Positions 49,153 to 61,998 of a DNA stretch of 64,000 nt are shown in pieces. Position numbers and translations under genes: made by a program. Numbering within the stretch: the stretch's first letter is position 1; each line of letters opens with the position of its first letter. The stretch comes from Mobula birostris (lineage: Eukaryota). Location of the stretch: positions 76,673,359-76,737,358 of the forward strand of contig NC_092383.1 of NCBI RefSeq assembly GCF_030028105.1, read 5' to 3'. The notes below the pieces were generated by a model, which had not been told where the DNA came from, ran no database searches, and saw only the letters and a list, made by a program, of their open reading frames with translations.

Positions 49153-50714
49153 TGTGTGTGTGTTTTTTATTTATTTTACTTGAGCAGGGAGACTGAAAAA
49201 GCCTTGATGTGTCTCCCTCAGAGAAGATATTAGATTGAGGAGTTCAAAATCATGCTTTGGCAGAGAACACAAAGGCAGACTTATCTCAGTGTGACTGAGT
49301 GGTAGCAAGAGGTTACAAATTCAAAGTAACTGAGGAAGTGCCAGAGATGACATACTTGTATTAACACATGACAATCAGAAACATAGCAACTGTTTTCTTC
49401 TATTTTGAAATTAACTAATTTGACTAATGGAAACAAATTTGGTAGTAACTTTCAAAACTGAATTAAATAAATTATTCTATGGGAAGAAAAATCAGGACTG
49501 TGGTTTAAGGGCAGGGAGTGGACTAGTTGAATTCTTTCACAAATTGAATATTAGTCAATGGTTAGAATGGTTCCCTTCATGCTAAATCAAAAATGTGTAC
49601 TTTTTTTAATATACTTTGCTGGTTCTTATTCCCAGAATATACTTGTGCTGTGCTATCTTGTCATTTCCTACATTGGGAAAAAGAAAAGAATGCTACTGCC
49701 TGTTGTCCTTTCTTCCTTGCAGATAATAGGCTCTTTGAAAAGAATTTGGAAAGACATTCTGCCATTGTTTGTGAGTCTGAGAGGCACTGTGTCACTTGCA
49801 TTTAAAATCTAGTTTTCAGTGTAACTGATGTCCCACATTCCCAGTTCGATTTTAAAAGAGGCCTGCTCCAGAATGAGTTTAATAAACCTGTACAAACATG
49901 GGAGGTACACCTCAACCTTGAACATCTAGTTAGATTTTTATTAAACTCAAATGGCCTGTGGTCTTCACTTTATCTGGTTAAATATTTGTGATTTGCTAAA
50001 GTGATGATTTATCCATTCTGGGAATAATATTCCAGATGCATTAGGTATATGAATAAAAGAAACATTGCTGATCACATCGTAAGTAAATGCATTATGCTAC
50101 AGGTTCACTTTTATGTGATTTACTGGTAATGATTTTTGCCTAGAGCCAACTTGTCTGTACCCAAGTCTGAAGGTTTCAGCATTACCCTAAACACTAACAC
50201 ATCTCACCTAAAACTTAACACAGAAGTACCATGTTTCATTAAAACAAGGCAATGTCTGTCTTTTCAGGTGGTTATAAAAGATAGCACTTGCTATTTAAAG
50301 AGCAAAGGTGTTCCAACATTACTGATATTTTTGAGAGTTGGATGTTTGCAATTGACTACCTCATTTCTAATGCAACAGTAGTGACTAAACATTAAACCTT
50401 ATTTTGATGAGAAGCAACCTTGATACACCAAGATAATGACAATCATCATTTATGTAAATATTTTTAATTGAAGGTGATATCTGCAATGTCATCCTTCCTC
50501 TTTTTAGTACAGTTACTCAATTGAGCATGACCTATTTTTTCTTTCTCTGCATCAAAAGACCTCCTATTCCTCCTTCCATACATGCATGTACGCTCTTCCT
50601 TTTTCCTCCTGCAGCAATGATTTTTCTTGAAGCTGTAATAGTCCACAGTCCTTTTTTTTTGCTATATCTAGTGCTTTAACAAAACATACATTTTCAGTTG
50701 TTAATGATTGCAGT

Positions 50715-51250
50715 TTTCAACAAGTTTGCTTTGTGAGGATAGGTTGAGCAAACTGGAGCTTTTCTCTCTGGAGCAAAATAGAATGAGAGGTGACTTGATA
50801 AGGTGTACAAAATGATGAAAGGGTATAGATCGAGTGGATAGCCAGGGCGGAAAAGGCTAAAGGAGATGGCATAATTTCAAACAAGGGAAAATCTGCACAG
50901 ATACTGGAAATCCAAGCAACACACACAAAATGCTGGAGGAACTCAGCAGGCCAAGCAGCATCTATGGAAAAATAGGACTGGAGGAAAAAAAAGTATAATT
51001 TTAAGCTGATTAGAAGAAAGTATAGAGGGAATGTCAGAGTGTTTTTTTTAACCGCAGAGTGGTGATTCTGTGGAACACCCTTCCTGAGGGAGTGGCAGAG
51101 TCAGATGCATTCGGAGCAGTTAAGAAACCTTAGTTAGGCACATGGTTGATTCAGTAATGGAGGACTATGTAGAAGGGAAGGTTTAGTTTGATCTTATAGT
51201 TGGTTAAAAGGTCGGCACAAAGAGCCTATACTGTGCTGTACTGTTTTATG
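50715..51250 (+). mobile_element. CR1 3' fragment with a nested minus-strand PLE 3' end (50881-50994)
   Basis: CR1 motifs on both sides. Candidate TSD ataatttcaa (50871-50880) / ataattttaa (50995-51004). Confidence 0.75.
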
Positions 51251-51639
51251 TTATAAGTTGAGTTCAAATGATTTTCTAGATATTTTGCAGCTTGCTTTGC
51301 TTTCACTGTCCAACCTCCTGCTCTTTGATCCCCAATGAAAGTCCTCAGCTTCAGCCCTGCCTCCTTATTGCTCTCTCCATTAATGTTGTGCCCAACAAAA
51401 TGTTGAGCTCTTCTGCTACATTTGTGTTTCTTGCTCTGGTTTGTGTGGCAGACTATTTCCTCTGCCTTCAAAATTTCTGTACCTGGATCTCTCCTTCTAA
51501 TTGCTTTTTTTTTCCTGGTGGCCCAGTCGAATCGAGAGAGTAGGCTACACATAGGTTGGGGTGAGGGATTTTAAGAGGAGCATTTGCAGGCTTTCAGCTT
51601 TTTCCAGCAGCCCAGGGGAATCACAGTGCATTAGCAAGG

Positions 51640-54370
51640 GACAGTAAATATAAGGTAGGAACGAGCAGGATTGCCATTGTTAGAGTGGGGAGGCTTTGGC
51701 TCAACAGGCTTGCTCGAGGTAAGTTTCTGGTAAGGTTCTTCTTCATTTTTCATCTGTTAGTGCAGTGAGAGTGGCTCCAGGGGCTGTGTTGTACTCTTTG
51801 AGTGAGATGTGAGAATTCTGGGTGACTTCAAACCTTCTGGATAATCACATCTGCACCAGGTACACCGAGCTGCGGCTCCTCAGAGAACATGTTAAGGAAC
51901 TAGAGCTTTGGCTCATGCGGGGAACTGAGGAGTTACAGAGAGGTAGTCATTCTTAAGTTTCAGGAGGCAGGTACCTGGGTGACTGTCAGGAGAGGGAAAG
52001 GAATTGGACAGCCATTGCAGAATGCCCTTGTGACGGTTTCCCTCAATAATAAGTATACCTCTTTGGATACTGTTGCGGAGGGAATGACTTACCGGGAGGA
52101 GCCGCAGTTACTGGATCTCTGGCACTAAGTCTGGCGCTATGGCTCAGAAGGGAAAGAGGGAAAAGAGGATTGCAGTAGTGATAGGGGAGACCATAGGTAG
52201 AGGAGTAGACGTGGGATTCTGTAGACATGAAAGAGACACCTGGATGGTATGTTGCCTCACAGGTGCCAGGGTCAAGGACATCTCGGATCAGATCCACAGC
52301 ATTCTACAGGGGGGAGGGTAAACAACCAGAGGCCTCAGTACATATTGGCACCAATGACATAGGTAGGAAAAGGGAGGATATCCTGAAGGGAGAATTTGGG
52401 GAGTTAGGTAGAAAACTGAAAAGCAAGACCTCCAGGGTAGTAATTTCTAGATTGCTGCTTGTGCCACAAATCAGTGAGAGTAAGAGTAGGATGATTTAGC
52501 AGATGAATACGTAGATGAAGAACTGGTGCAGATTTCTGGATCCTCGGAGAACGTATGACCTGCACAAAAGAGATGGGTTACACTTGAACCTGAGGGGGAC
52601 CAATATCTTGGCAGGCAAGTTTGCTAGAGCTGTTGGGGAAAGTTTAAACTAATTTGGCAGGGGAATGGGAACCAGAATGATACGGTTAAGGATGGGACTA
52701 TCGCCTGGTAGCACTCAACATCCACAGTGATGAAATGCTTTGAGAGGTTGATCATGGTTAGACTGAACTCGGCAAGGTAACGCAACCACGACTGACAAGG
52801 TGAAGTCAAAAACAACATAAAAACAAAAGAGAGGGCATATGATGGAGCAAGAATTCGTAATAAGTTAAAGGATTGGGAAGCTTGTGAAAACCAACACTAG
52901 ATTCTGAAATAGTTTTATAGGCCTGAAAAATTGCAAATGTCACTCCACTTTTCAAAAAGGGGGAAAAGCAGAAGAAGGGAAATTATAGAACAGTTAGCTT
53001 GATCTGAGTGGTTGGGAAGATGCTGGAGTCAATTTTTAAGGATGTGATCTCAGGATACTTAGAGACGCATGATGAAATAGGCCAAAGCCAGCATAATTTC
53101 CTTAAAGGAAACTCGTGCCTGATGAATCTGTTGGAATTCTTTGAGGAAATACCAAGCAGGATAGATGAAGGAAAGTTGGTGGATGTTGTGTACTTGGATT
53201 TTCAGAAGGCTTTTGACGAGGTGCTGCACATGAGACTGCTTAACAAGAGGACAGATACTAGCATGGATAGAGCATTGACATTGACAGGAGGCAAAGATTG
53301 GTAATAAAGGGAGCCTTTTCTGGTTGGCTGCCAGTGACTAGTAGTGTTCTTCAGGATCAATGTTAGGACCACTTCTTTTCACCTTGTATGTCAATGATTT
53401 AGGTGAAGGAATTGATGGCTTTGTTTGCGGACAATACAAAGATAAGTGGAGAAAAGCAGGGGTGTTGCTGATGGACTTCAACAGATTAGGAGAATGGGCA
53501 AAGAAGTAGCAGATAGAATGCAGTGTCGGGAAGTGTATGGTGGTGCACTTTGGTAGAAAGAACAAAAGCGTAGACTATTTTCTAAATGGACAGAAAATTC
53601 AAAAATCCAAGATGCAAAGGGACTTTGGAGTCCTCATGCAGGATTCCCTGAAGGTTAATTTACAGTTTGAGTCAGTGGTGGGGAAGGCAAATACAATGTT
53701 AGCATTCATTTCATGAGGACTAGAATATAAAAGCAAAGATAGAATATTGAGGCTTTCTAAGGCACTGCTGAGGCCTCACTTGGAGTTTTGTGAGTAGCTT
53801 TGGGTCCTTATCTAAGAAAGGATGTGCTGACATTGGGGAGGTGCTGAGGAGGTTTATGAGAATGATTCTGGGAATGAAAGAGGCATACGCGGAGTGTTTG
53901 GCTTTCGGCCTGTACTCGATGGATCTTTAAAGAATAAGGGGGATCTCATTGAATCCTTTTAGATATTGAAAGGCCTAGATAGAGTGGATGTGGAGAGGTG
54001 GGAATATAGGACCAGGGGCACAGTCTCAGAATAGAGCAGGGGATTCCCAACCTTTTTATGCTATGTATGCTTACTAAGGGGTCCATATGTTGGGAGCTCC
54101 TGGAAAAGAGGGATGGCCATTTAGAAAGGAGATGAGGAAATTTTTAGCCAGAGTGTGGTGAATCTGTGGAATTTGTTGCTGTGGAGGTTTGGTCTTTGGT
54201 GTATTTAAGGTGGAGGTTGACGGTTTCTTGATTAATCAGTGTGTGAAAACATACAGGGAGAAGGCAGGAGTATGTGGTTGAGAGAGAAAATGGATCAGCC
54301 ATGATGAAATGGTAGAGTAGACTCAATGGGTTGAACGACCTAATTCTGCTCCTGTTACTTGCGGTCTTAT
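51640..54370 (+). mobile_element. Internally deleted CR1 LINE: 5' region, ORF1 (SGNH esterase-like), ORF2 RT and 3' end; APE domain missing
   Basis: ORF1 motifs AVVIGETIGRG, MVCCLTGARVKDI and VHIGTNDIGRK. ORF2 motifs SQHNFLKGNSCLMNLLEFFEE and VDVVYLDFQKAFD. Confidence 0.9.
54037..54102. mobile_element. 66-bp hAT MITE inserted in CR1
   Basis: TIRs CAGGGGATTCCCAAC / GTTGGGAGCTCCTG. TSD gaatagag (54029-54036) / gaaaagag (54103-54110). Confidence 0.75.
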
Positions 54371-54544
54371 CTTTTCTATTAACCTATTCCTCACAAATTA
54401 ATTCCCAGCACAACATTATGTCTATTTTTATATGTTACCTCACCCAAGCAATACAAGACTCTAAAACGTAGGAGCAGAATTAGGCCATTCGGCCTGTCGA
54501 TTCTGCTTTGCAATGTGCTCGTGACTTGTGCACTGGCATATGAG

Positions 54545-55070
54545 TTTAGCAAAGGAAATGAGGTTTAGTGTTCCTATAGTCCTTAATTTCCATCCATCCA
54601 CTAATGGATCATCCTTTGCAATCTCTGCTGTTTTCAATGTGATTCCATTACCAGACACATCTCCTACTCCCCTCCTTAGCTCCAAAAGTCTCTACCAAGA
54701 ACTTGATTTCTTACGGTATTTCCCTATGCAGCTGCAGGCTAGGCAGTGCCCATTTTTTTTAAACCTCTTTACCTCAGTTATTTACAAGTAAAGAAGCAGC
54801 AAATCAATTGCGCTTGCAAATTTGTGTTCTGCATTAGGTGAGCATGATGCGGACTCCTCTACATTGGGGCAGCAAACAGTTGGGTGATCACTTACTAAGC
54901 ACTGGCATTCAGTTCTGTAGAAGTGACTGAGCTTCTTGTCACTGTAATTCACCTTTCTCTTCTGTCCTGCGCTCATATAACAAGGCCTCACATATGCTTG
55001 AGGAACAGTGTCTTGTCTTCTGTCTCAAGTTGTATTCTTCCTGGATGTATCTCTAATCCAGCAGTTTTGG
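54545..55070 (+). mobile_element. Very old PLE GIY-YIG remnant
   Basis: Degenerate matches to 22715-23335, e.g. ctctacattggggc, ttgggtgatcactt and cttgaggaacagtgtcttgtcttc. Confidence 0.55.
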
Positions 55071-57499
55071 GTAATTGTTTATATCTGAATTAGCCAGTTT
55101 TGCTCTAGATCATCTGTCTGCATTAATGACTCTTGGTAGTGTAGTGGTTAACGCAACACAGCACCAGTAACCACCAATTGGGGTTTAATTCCCACTGCTA
55201 TGTACAAGGAGTTTCTATTCCTCCAGGACCCCCCATGTCCTCCCACAGTCCAAAGACATATGGTTAGGGTTGGGTATTTGTGGGCATTCTGTGTTGGCAC
55301 TAAAAGCGTGCCAACACACGCAGACTGCCTCATCACAACCCTCACTAATTTGATTTTACACAAATGACTCATTTTACTGTACGTTTTGATGTACACGTGA
55401 GAAATAAACCTAATCTCTATATTTCTTTCTGCTGGAACAGCCTAACAGACTGAATGTTTCTGACTGCTCTGCATTTTCCATCTTATCACCATGACAACCC
55501 TGGCCTCACCCTATCAGAGATATCCCCTTTGTTGAATTCACCCTTGACTCACACACTTCTGCAGTTTAAAACTAACTTGTGTTTACATTTTACTGACAGG
55601 GTCTTTGACCTGTAACAACATCTCTGTCTCTTTCCACTAAAGCTGCCTGACCTGTTGAAATTTCCAGTGTATTTGGTTTTTGTTGGGGAAATAAGGTTGC
55701 TGAGTAACAGTCGCTCAACAAAATTGGAAGTGTCTGTAGGTTTTTGCCTATGTTACGTGCCTAGAGCTATCTTCACATCTGCAAAATTCTCTCCCTTGAC
55801 TTGCTTTGTAAGCTTTGAGCACTTGAGGAATGCAATTTCCCTGCCCTTCCAAACCTGTTTCCTGTTTTTCAGCAAAGCTAAAAACATTCCTTAGATTGAA
55901 GGCTCAGTTCCAAAGTCTCCAGTCAAACGTCCAGCTCAATCACTCTGTCCAAATTCTAATAGCATTCCAAAAATATGCTTGGAGGTGTCAGGATTTTGAA
56001 TGAGCTATATTTATCTTTTTTTAATGAGGCAGCAGGAATTTGTGGTGAAAATTGCATTCTGCAATTCAGTTTGTTTTCCAAGGAAGGTGTAAGTTAACAG
56101 TGCTGGAAATTGAACATTTGAGAGAATATTTTACTGAGAAACATCCCATAATCTTGTGTCATGTGTGCCTTTGTAAAATTGGTTTCATTTTCTTCTGACC
56201 TGCTGCATTTAGATTAATAACATACAAACGTTTGTAGTTGGATCAAAAGTAAGTAACAGAATACCCAATACAAATTTTCTATTTAGTTCCAATTCACGAA
56301 TGTGTTGTCCATTCAGTCTTCACCAAAAGTAAAATAAGATGCCACTGCTCTCCATGAGGATCTGTATGTTGATTTAGTGGGAAGTAATACCTTTTTCTGT
56401 TTCCAGGATATTGAGTCTTTGCTGATAAATTATATGTGCAGCACATAACAACCAGTTTTGCATGTTGTAATGTCCCAAAAGGACCAATGAGATAAATAAC
56501 CAGGCAGCCTGGTTATATTAATTGAGGAATGATAGTGACTAGGGACACAGGAACCATTTTCAAGTCATGAAATGAAGCCTTATTGGATCCATCTCGAGGG
56601 GAGATGGGGTTTTTTCTCATCAATGAGATGCCATGCCTGGTATCTAATGTTCAGCACGTCTCACTTCCTGGTAATCTATTAGACTAGATTTTCTGCTCAG
56701 TCTGTAGAATGAGACTTGAACCCATGACATTCAGATTCCAAAGTGAAGTACTGTCCATCGCCTTGTGCTCCAAGTGAGAAAGCAGCAGACTGCATTTTTA
56801 TGACAAGTTTTGCATTCTCATGATACCCAAAAGCATATTGCAGCCATGGGATATTACTTTATTACCATGGAATTTTACTTTACTGTGTTAAGTAAAAAAG
56901 AAGACAGCTAATTTGTGTATCGCAGCAAGTCACTACAAAATGTATTGAGATCCAAGACTATAGCTGAAGTTCCCTGCCTCTATCTGAATCTTGCCAAGCC
57001 AAGGGAATTTTTATTTCTGATGTGGAGTTTAATGTCTTGTCTGAACGTTAAGCCTCTTGCAATACAACATGCTTAGATTAAACTGAAAACAAATAGCAAC
57101 AGAAAAGAGCTCACTGAACAAAAAAAAACCCTTCCTTAAGCACTTATTCAGTGCTCCCATAAAAATTTCAGAGCTACTTGAGCCTAGTAGATATTTGATC
57201 AATCCAACCTAAATGGGACCATGAATTATAAAGGAAGTACTGTGTGTGGTATATAGTGGTGAAAGCTGAAGCAGGAAAAATAAGAGCAGGGAGCAAGTTC
57301 TTTGGCTTTTCAAACCTGCTGTGCCATTCAGTACATTGATAGCTGATCCTCCATCTCAATGCCATAGCTCAGCTTTCTCCCCAACACCCTAGATGTGTTT
57401 GGTACAATAGTATATGTAACTAAACAGTGAGATTGTGGCTAATCTGTATTTCATTCATCTTGGCTCTTCTGTCAGACTCGTGCAGTAAAATTATATCAA

Positions 57500-57825
57500 T
57501 TTCTCTGTCGCCCTACCATCAGGCAGGATGTACTGTAGCATTAAGACAAGGACGGTTAGGATGGGAAGCAGCTTCTTCCCCCAGGCTGTGAGGCTACTGA
57601 ATTTCCTGCCACCACCTAAGTCTTATCACGTATGAAGCGCCAGTAGCATTATACTGTTTGCTTTTTAACTTGTGACGTAAATACACCTGATTATTTATTA
57701 ATTTATTACTTTATCTGTTTTGTGAGAGTTCTATGTGGTGTATTGTGCACCTCGGTCCGAAGGAACATTTTGTTTTGCAGTACACATGCATACAGTTAAA
57801 ATGCCAATGAACTTGAACTTGAATT
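57500..57825 (+). mobile_element. Rex-type LINE 3' end with (AACTTG)n tail
   Basis: ctaccatcaggcaggatgtac...cagcttcttcccccaggctgtgaggctactgaa...aatgaacttgaacttgaa. Confidence 0.65.
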
Positions 57826-59274
57826 AAAATTAATTGCATATGTTGTAGGGTTTCACTGTGTTTATATGGGCTCCTATTTTTTCTTAAATTAAAATAGGGT
57901 TAAGTTTATGACCTAGTGTTGTAGACTCCTCCATCCATAGCAATTCTTCCTTTCATCAACTGATCAGCTTCTTTAAAAATTTATCAGTTTGATCTTGGGA
58001 ATATAAATTTTATAATGTCATTATAACCCTTGGAGTTACAGCTACCTCTTGTTTTAACTGAATAAGTTAGCTATTACAAATGAATCTGCAGTAAACAACT
58101 ACACCTGGGCCAGCTGGCTGGTAGAGTTCAGCTGCACCATGACTAGTTTTATAGTTGGCAGCTTCTCAAATATTCTCAGCCTCCCAAAAGAGCTATGAGA
58201 TTTGTACTGACTTGTAGGGACTGCCCTGTGGCTATAATTTATCTGATTCTCTGCAGTATTTGAACAGCAATATACAAATACTGTGAAATTAATTGCATTT
58301 CAAATGTTAATTTCTGGGTGCGGCTGCACATCAGTTTTCTGATAGCAGGTTGAACACAGTTTGAGGCAGAACAATAACCTGTCCAGTATTCTTCTATGGC
58401 CTACTGAGTGAAAACTTCTTTCAGATGGCACCCTTTGCAGGTTACGATATCAAACGTGACCTACTGCATGTACTGGTGGGAAAGGCAACTGTATTGCTGT
58501 CTGGCTGCAGCTTTCTGCAGGTTAAGGGTTTATTGATTATTGTTTGCTGTGTGAGGTGTGTGTGTACCAGCCAATCACTGGTTTGCAGCTTGGTTGTGCA
58601 GAGTGGATTGTTGCCAGTTCATGAACTGCTATATCTGAGATTTATGCAGTGCTAGTTACTGGATTCAGAGACCACTGAAATCTAGCTCTGAACTGCATGT
58701 GGGTGAAGTTTGAAAGCTTTACCTTTTAACAAGGCTGAATCTTACTGCTGAAATCTACAAATATGAGCGATATCAGAGAGAGTTCCCACATGTTGTCTGA
58801 ACTTTAACAGCTACAGCTTTAGTTTATTGACATACCTTGGCTGTGCTTTACTGAAAACCAGCTGTAAGACTGACACTTCTCAGAAAGTCTCCTCTCCTTA
58901 AAGATAGCTTCTTTGGATCATCTATAAATGCTAAACATTCCTAGGTATTCCCTATGAATACTCCCAACACTTAAGGGGAGACTTGTCTCTGCTTCAATCT
59001 ATAAATACTAATATACTTCACAGGATCCGCTATCAATACTGGTAAGTTCATGTAGGACTGTAAATTCTGGCACTCTCCCAAACAATTTCAGAAAGGTAGG
59101 GCCAGCCATCTAAATTTAAATTATTTAACTTCTGAAACTAAGCATATACCACCAAATATTCAAGCAAAAAACAGGGCAAAGGTAGGACTTTGCTCTTCAG
59201 GCAGTACTTGAGGACACAAGAACCCATTACTCGGATGTGTGTAATGTAATCTTTCCTAATTAATTCATGGCCTT

Positions 59275-59775
59275 GTAGAACATGGAACAATACAGACCCT
59301 TCAGCCCATTTTGTTGTTTCCTCCTCTAAAATCAATCTAACCCATTCCTCCCATACAACCCTCTATCTTTCTTTCATCCACATGCTATCGGAAAGTCTCT
59401 TCAATATCTCTAATGTATCTGCCTCTACCACCACCCCTGACAGGATGCTCCATGCACCAACCACACTCTGTGTATATATTTTTCAAAAAACACCCTCTGA
59501 CATCCCCCATATCTTCTTCCAATCACCTTAAAATTATGCCGCCTTGTATTAGCCATTTCCACCCTGAGCAAAAATCACTGGTTGTCCACTCCATGTCTCT
59601 TACTTTATACCTCTTTGAAATTGCCTCTCATTCTCCTTCGCTCCAAAGAAAAAAGCTCTAACTTGCTCAACTTTTCCTCATTAGATATACTCCCTGATCC
59701 AGGCAGCACCTGGGTAAATCTCATCTGCACTCTCTAAAGCTTCCTAAAATGTGATGACCAGAATTGAACACATTA
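59275..59775 (-). mobile_element. CR1 3' fragment
   Basis: tagaacatggaaca tail, colinear with ~48147-48660. Confidence 0.75.
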
Positions 59776-60290
59776 TATTGGAGTTTTATCTTGATTTATT
59801 TTATTTCAAATATTGCAATGAAAGTGGAGCATGGAGTTCAGACAGAAGTATAGATTATTCTTGAGTTTCTGTTGTGAGAGCAGAACAAGCAGCAAAATGG
59901 AAGCCATTTTATCCATTGTGCTCTCTCTGATTTATTGTCCAAGGTAGTCCCATTTGCCAGCATTTCCCCCTCCCTGCTCTTTAATAATACACACCCTATT
60001 CTATTTTAGTTCTCTTCCTATCTTGGGTTTATGCTATTCAGTTGCTATTTTTCATAGTGGGTTTAACATGGTGTAAAAGCATATTATCAAACAAATTAGT
60101 GTGTCAAAATATGGGTCAAGCAGTGAATATCTGTGATGGGGGCTACTGGTTTACAGTGAAGCAATCAGAAATGTTAATGTTCTTTGAGGACATTTAAACT
60201 GGTGTTTCAGGATTAAATTAGAAATTCTGTTGAACTTTTTTGTTAAAACTGTTTAATAGATTACGTTCACAAATAATCTGCATGTGACTA

Positions 60291-60306
60291 CAGCACCACC
60301 TTGTGG
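60291..60306 (-). promoter_or_regulatory. Candidate CTCF site
   Basis: The minus strand reads CCACAAGGTGGTGCTG, two mismatches to the CCASYAGRKGGCRSYR consensus, in apparently non-repeat sequence. Confidence 0.4.
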
Positions 60307-61324
60307 AGAAAATGGAACACAACAGAACTGATTACTTCCTCTGGCCTATTTGTCCTCTGGCTGAGGCTGAACTTGAACATGCCATCGGCCCCCCTCAAGC
60401 TACCCTCCCATTCGGTATGATTATGACTGATCAATGGCCTCAACTCCTCCTCTGTGCCAGTTCCTCATAAATTCAATTCCTTAATTTTTCACATATAGGT
60501 AGTCAATTCCAGACGACAAGCCCTCTGAAGGAAGAAAAAAATCTATACACCATAGTTTTAAATGATAGACTGGTTATTTTGTGGCAGTATCCCCTTGTTC
60601 GTCACTCTCCCACTAGTGAAAGCACATTAACAACTGCCTTTAGAATTGTTATCAGAGAGGTAGGTAATAGGAAATTGGAAATGCTGAAGTAGATTGCTAA
60701 CATATAATTTGATTCCAGGAAGAGGGTCTTTTTTATTTGTAACAATCTATGGAGGGCCAATGGAAATTTTTTTCCTTCATATCCTGATTTGCCAGGTGAT
60801 GAAAACACCTTTCTCTATATTTTTGTATATAAAAAAATGTTTAAAAAATTGTTTGCGAGCTGAGGCTTTCAGTAATCATGTTGATGAATAACACAGGCTG
60901 GTAATCTCTGGCAGTTCTAAAGGAACTTTATGGCTGAGCAACATGAGAGGATTGAAATGTTTGTGGGTATAGCGCAGCTGTTTCTGTGATCACATCATAA
61001 GAATTAGAAACAGTGGTAGGAAACCACAGGATTGTCATTAAAAACTTACTAATTTCACTGATATCCTTCTGGGAAGGAACTATGCATTTCTTAACCAGTC
61101 TGGCCTGAACATGACTCTAGACCCACAAAATGTGATCGACCACTTCAGTTGAAAGATCATTAGGGACAGAAAATGCTGACGTGCCCAGCAATGTCTCCAT
61201 CCAGTGAATGAATAAAATAAAAGGCCCCACCATCCACATGTATTTGTTGTCCTCAACCTCAGCTCCACTTTCCCACATGAACCTTGCAGTCCATAACCTT
61301 GAAGAAAACTGACTTCTTAAGAAC

Positions 61325-61690
61325 ACAGGAAAATGAGAAGGAGATTTTGCAGAGGTCAACAAAATTGAGGGGTTAAGATGAGCTGAATGCATGCAAGCTT
61401 TTTTTCCCCCCTCAGGTTGGGTGAGACTAAAACAAGAGGTCATTGGTTTAGGGTGAAAGGTCAAATATTTAAGGGGAATCAAAAGGGAAACTTCATTCAA
61501 AGGGTGACGTGAGTGAGGAATGAGCTGCCAGTGCAATTGGTAGATGCAAGTTTAATTGTGACATTTAAGAGAAGCTTGGATAGGTACATGGATGGGAAGT
61601 GTTTGGAGGGATATGGTCTGAGTGCAAGTAGATGGGACGAGGCAGAAGATCAGGCTGGCATGGACTAGATGGGACAAAGGGCCTTTTGTT
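61325..61690 (+). mobile_element. CR1 3' fragment
   Basis: actaaaacaagaggtcattggtttagggtgaaagg...aatgagctgccag is the reverse complement of the 16.3-16.7 kb copy. Confidence 0.8.
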
Positions 61691-61844
61691 GTTTCTCTGT
61701 GTGTGCCTTGAGAGATGTTATTCATTTAACCCAAAGTGGAGAGTTGGGTTGGTCCAAATTATACTCTGCAGGAAACGTCGCTGGAAGAAATTGCATTAAC
61801 TATCTAATCGAGGACCTTGTATGAGATATTAACTATATTTAATA

Positions 61845-61998
61845 CAGGTTGACCTTCACTAATCCGGCACCATTGGGACCTGAGGAGTGCCAGATTAGTG
61901 ATAATGCTGAATTACAGAAGGATCACATTAAGCATAATCAGTGCCGGTCTATCGAAGAAACCGGATTACTGGTAGTCAGATTAGTGAAGGTCGACCTA
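61845..61998. mobile_element. 154-bp Tc1/pogo(Tigger)-type MITE
   Basis: TIRs CAGGTTGACCTTCACTAATC / GATTAGTGAAGGTCGACCTA, flanked by TA at 61843-61844 and 61999-62000. Confidence 0.85.
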
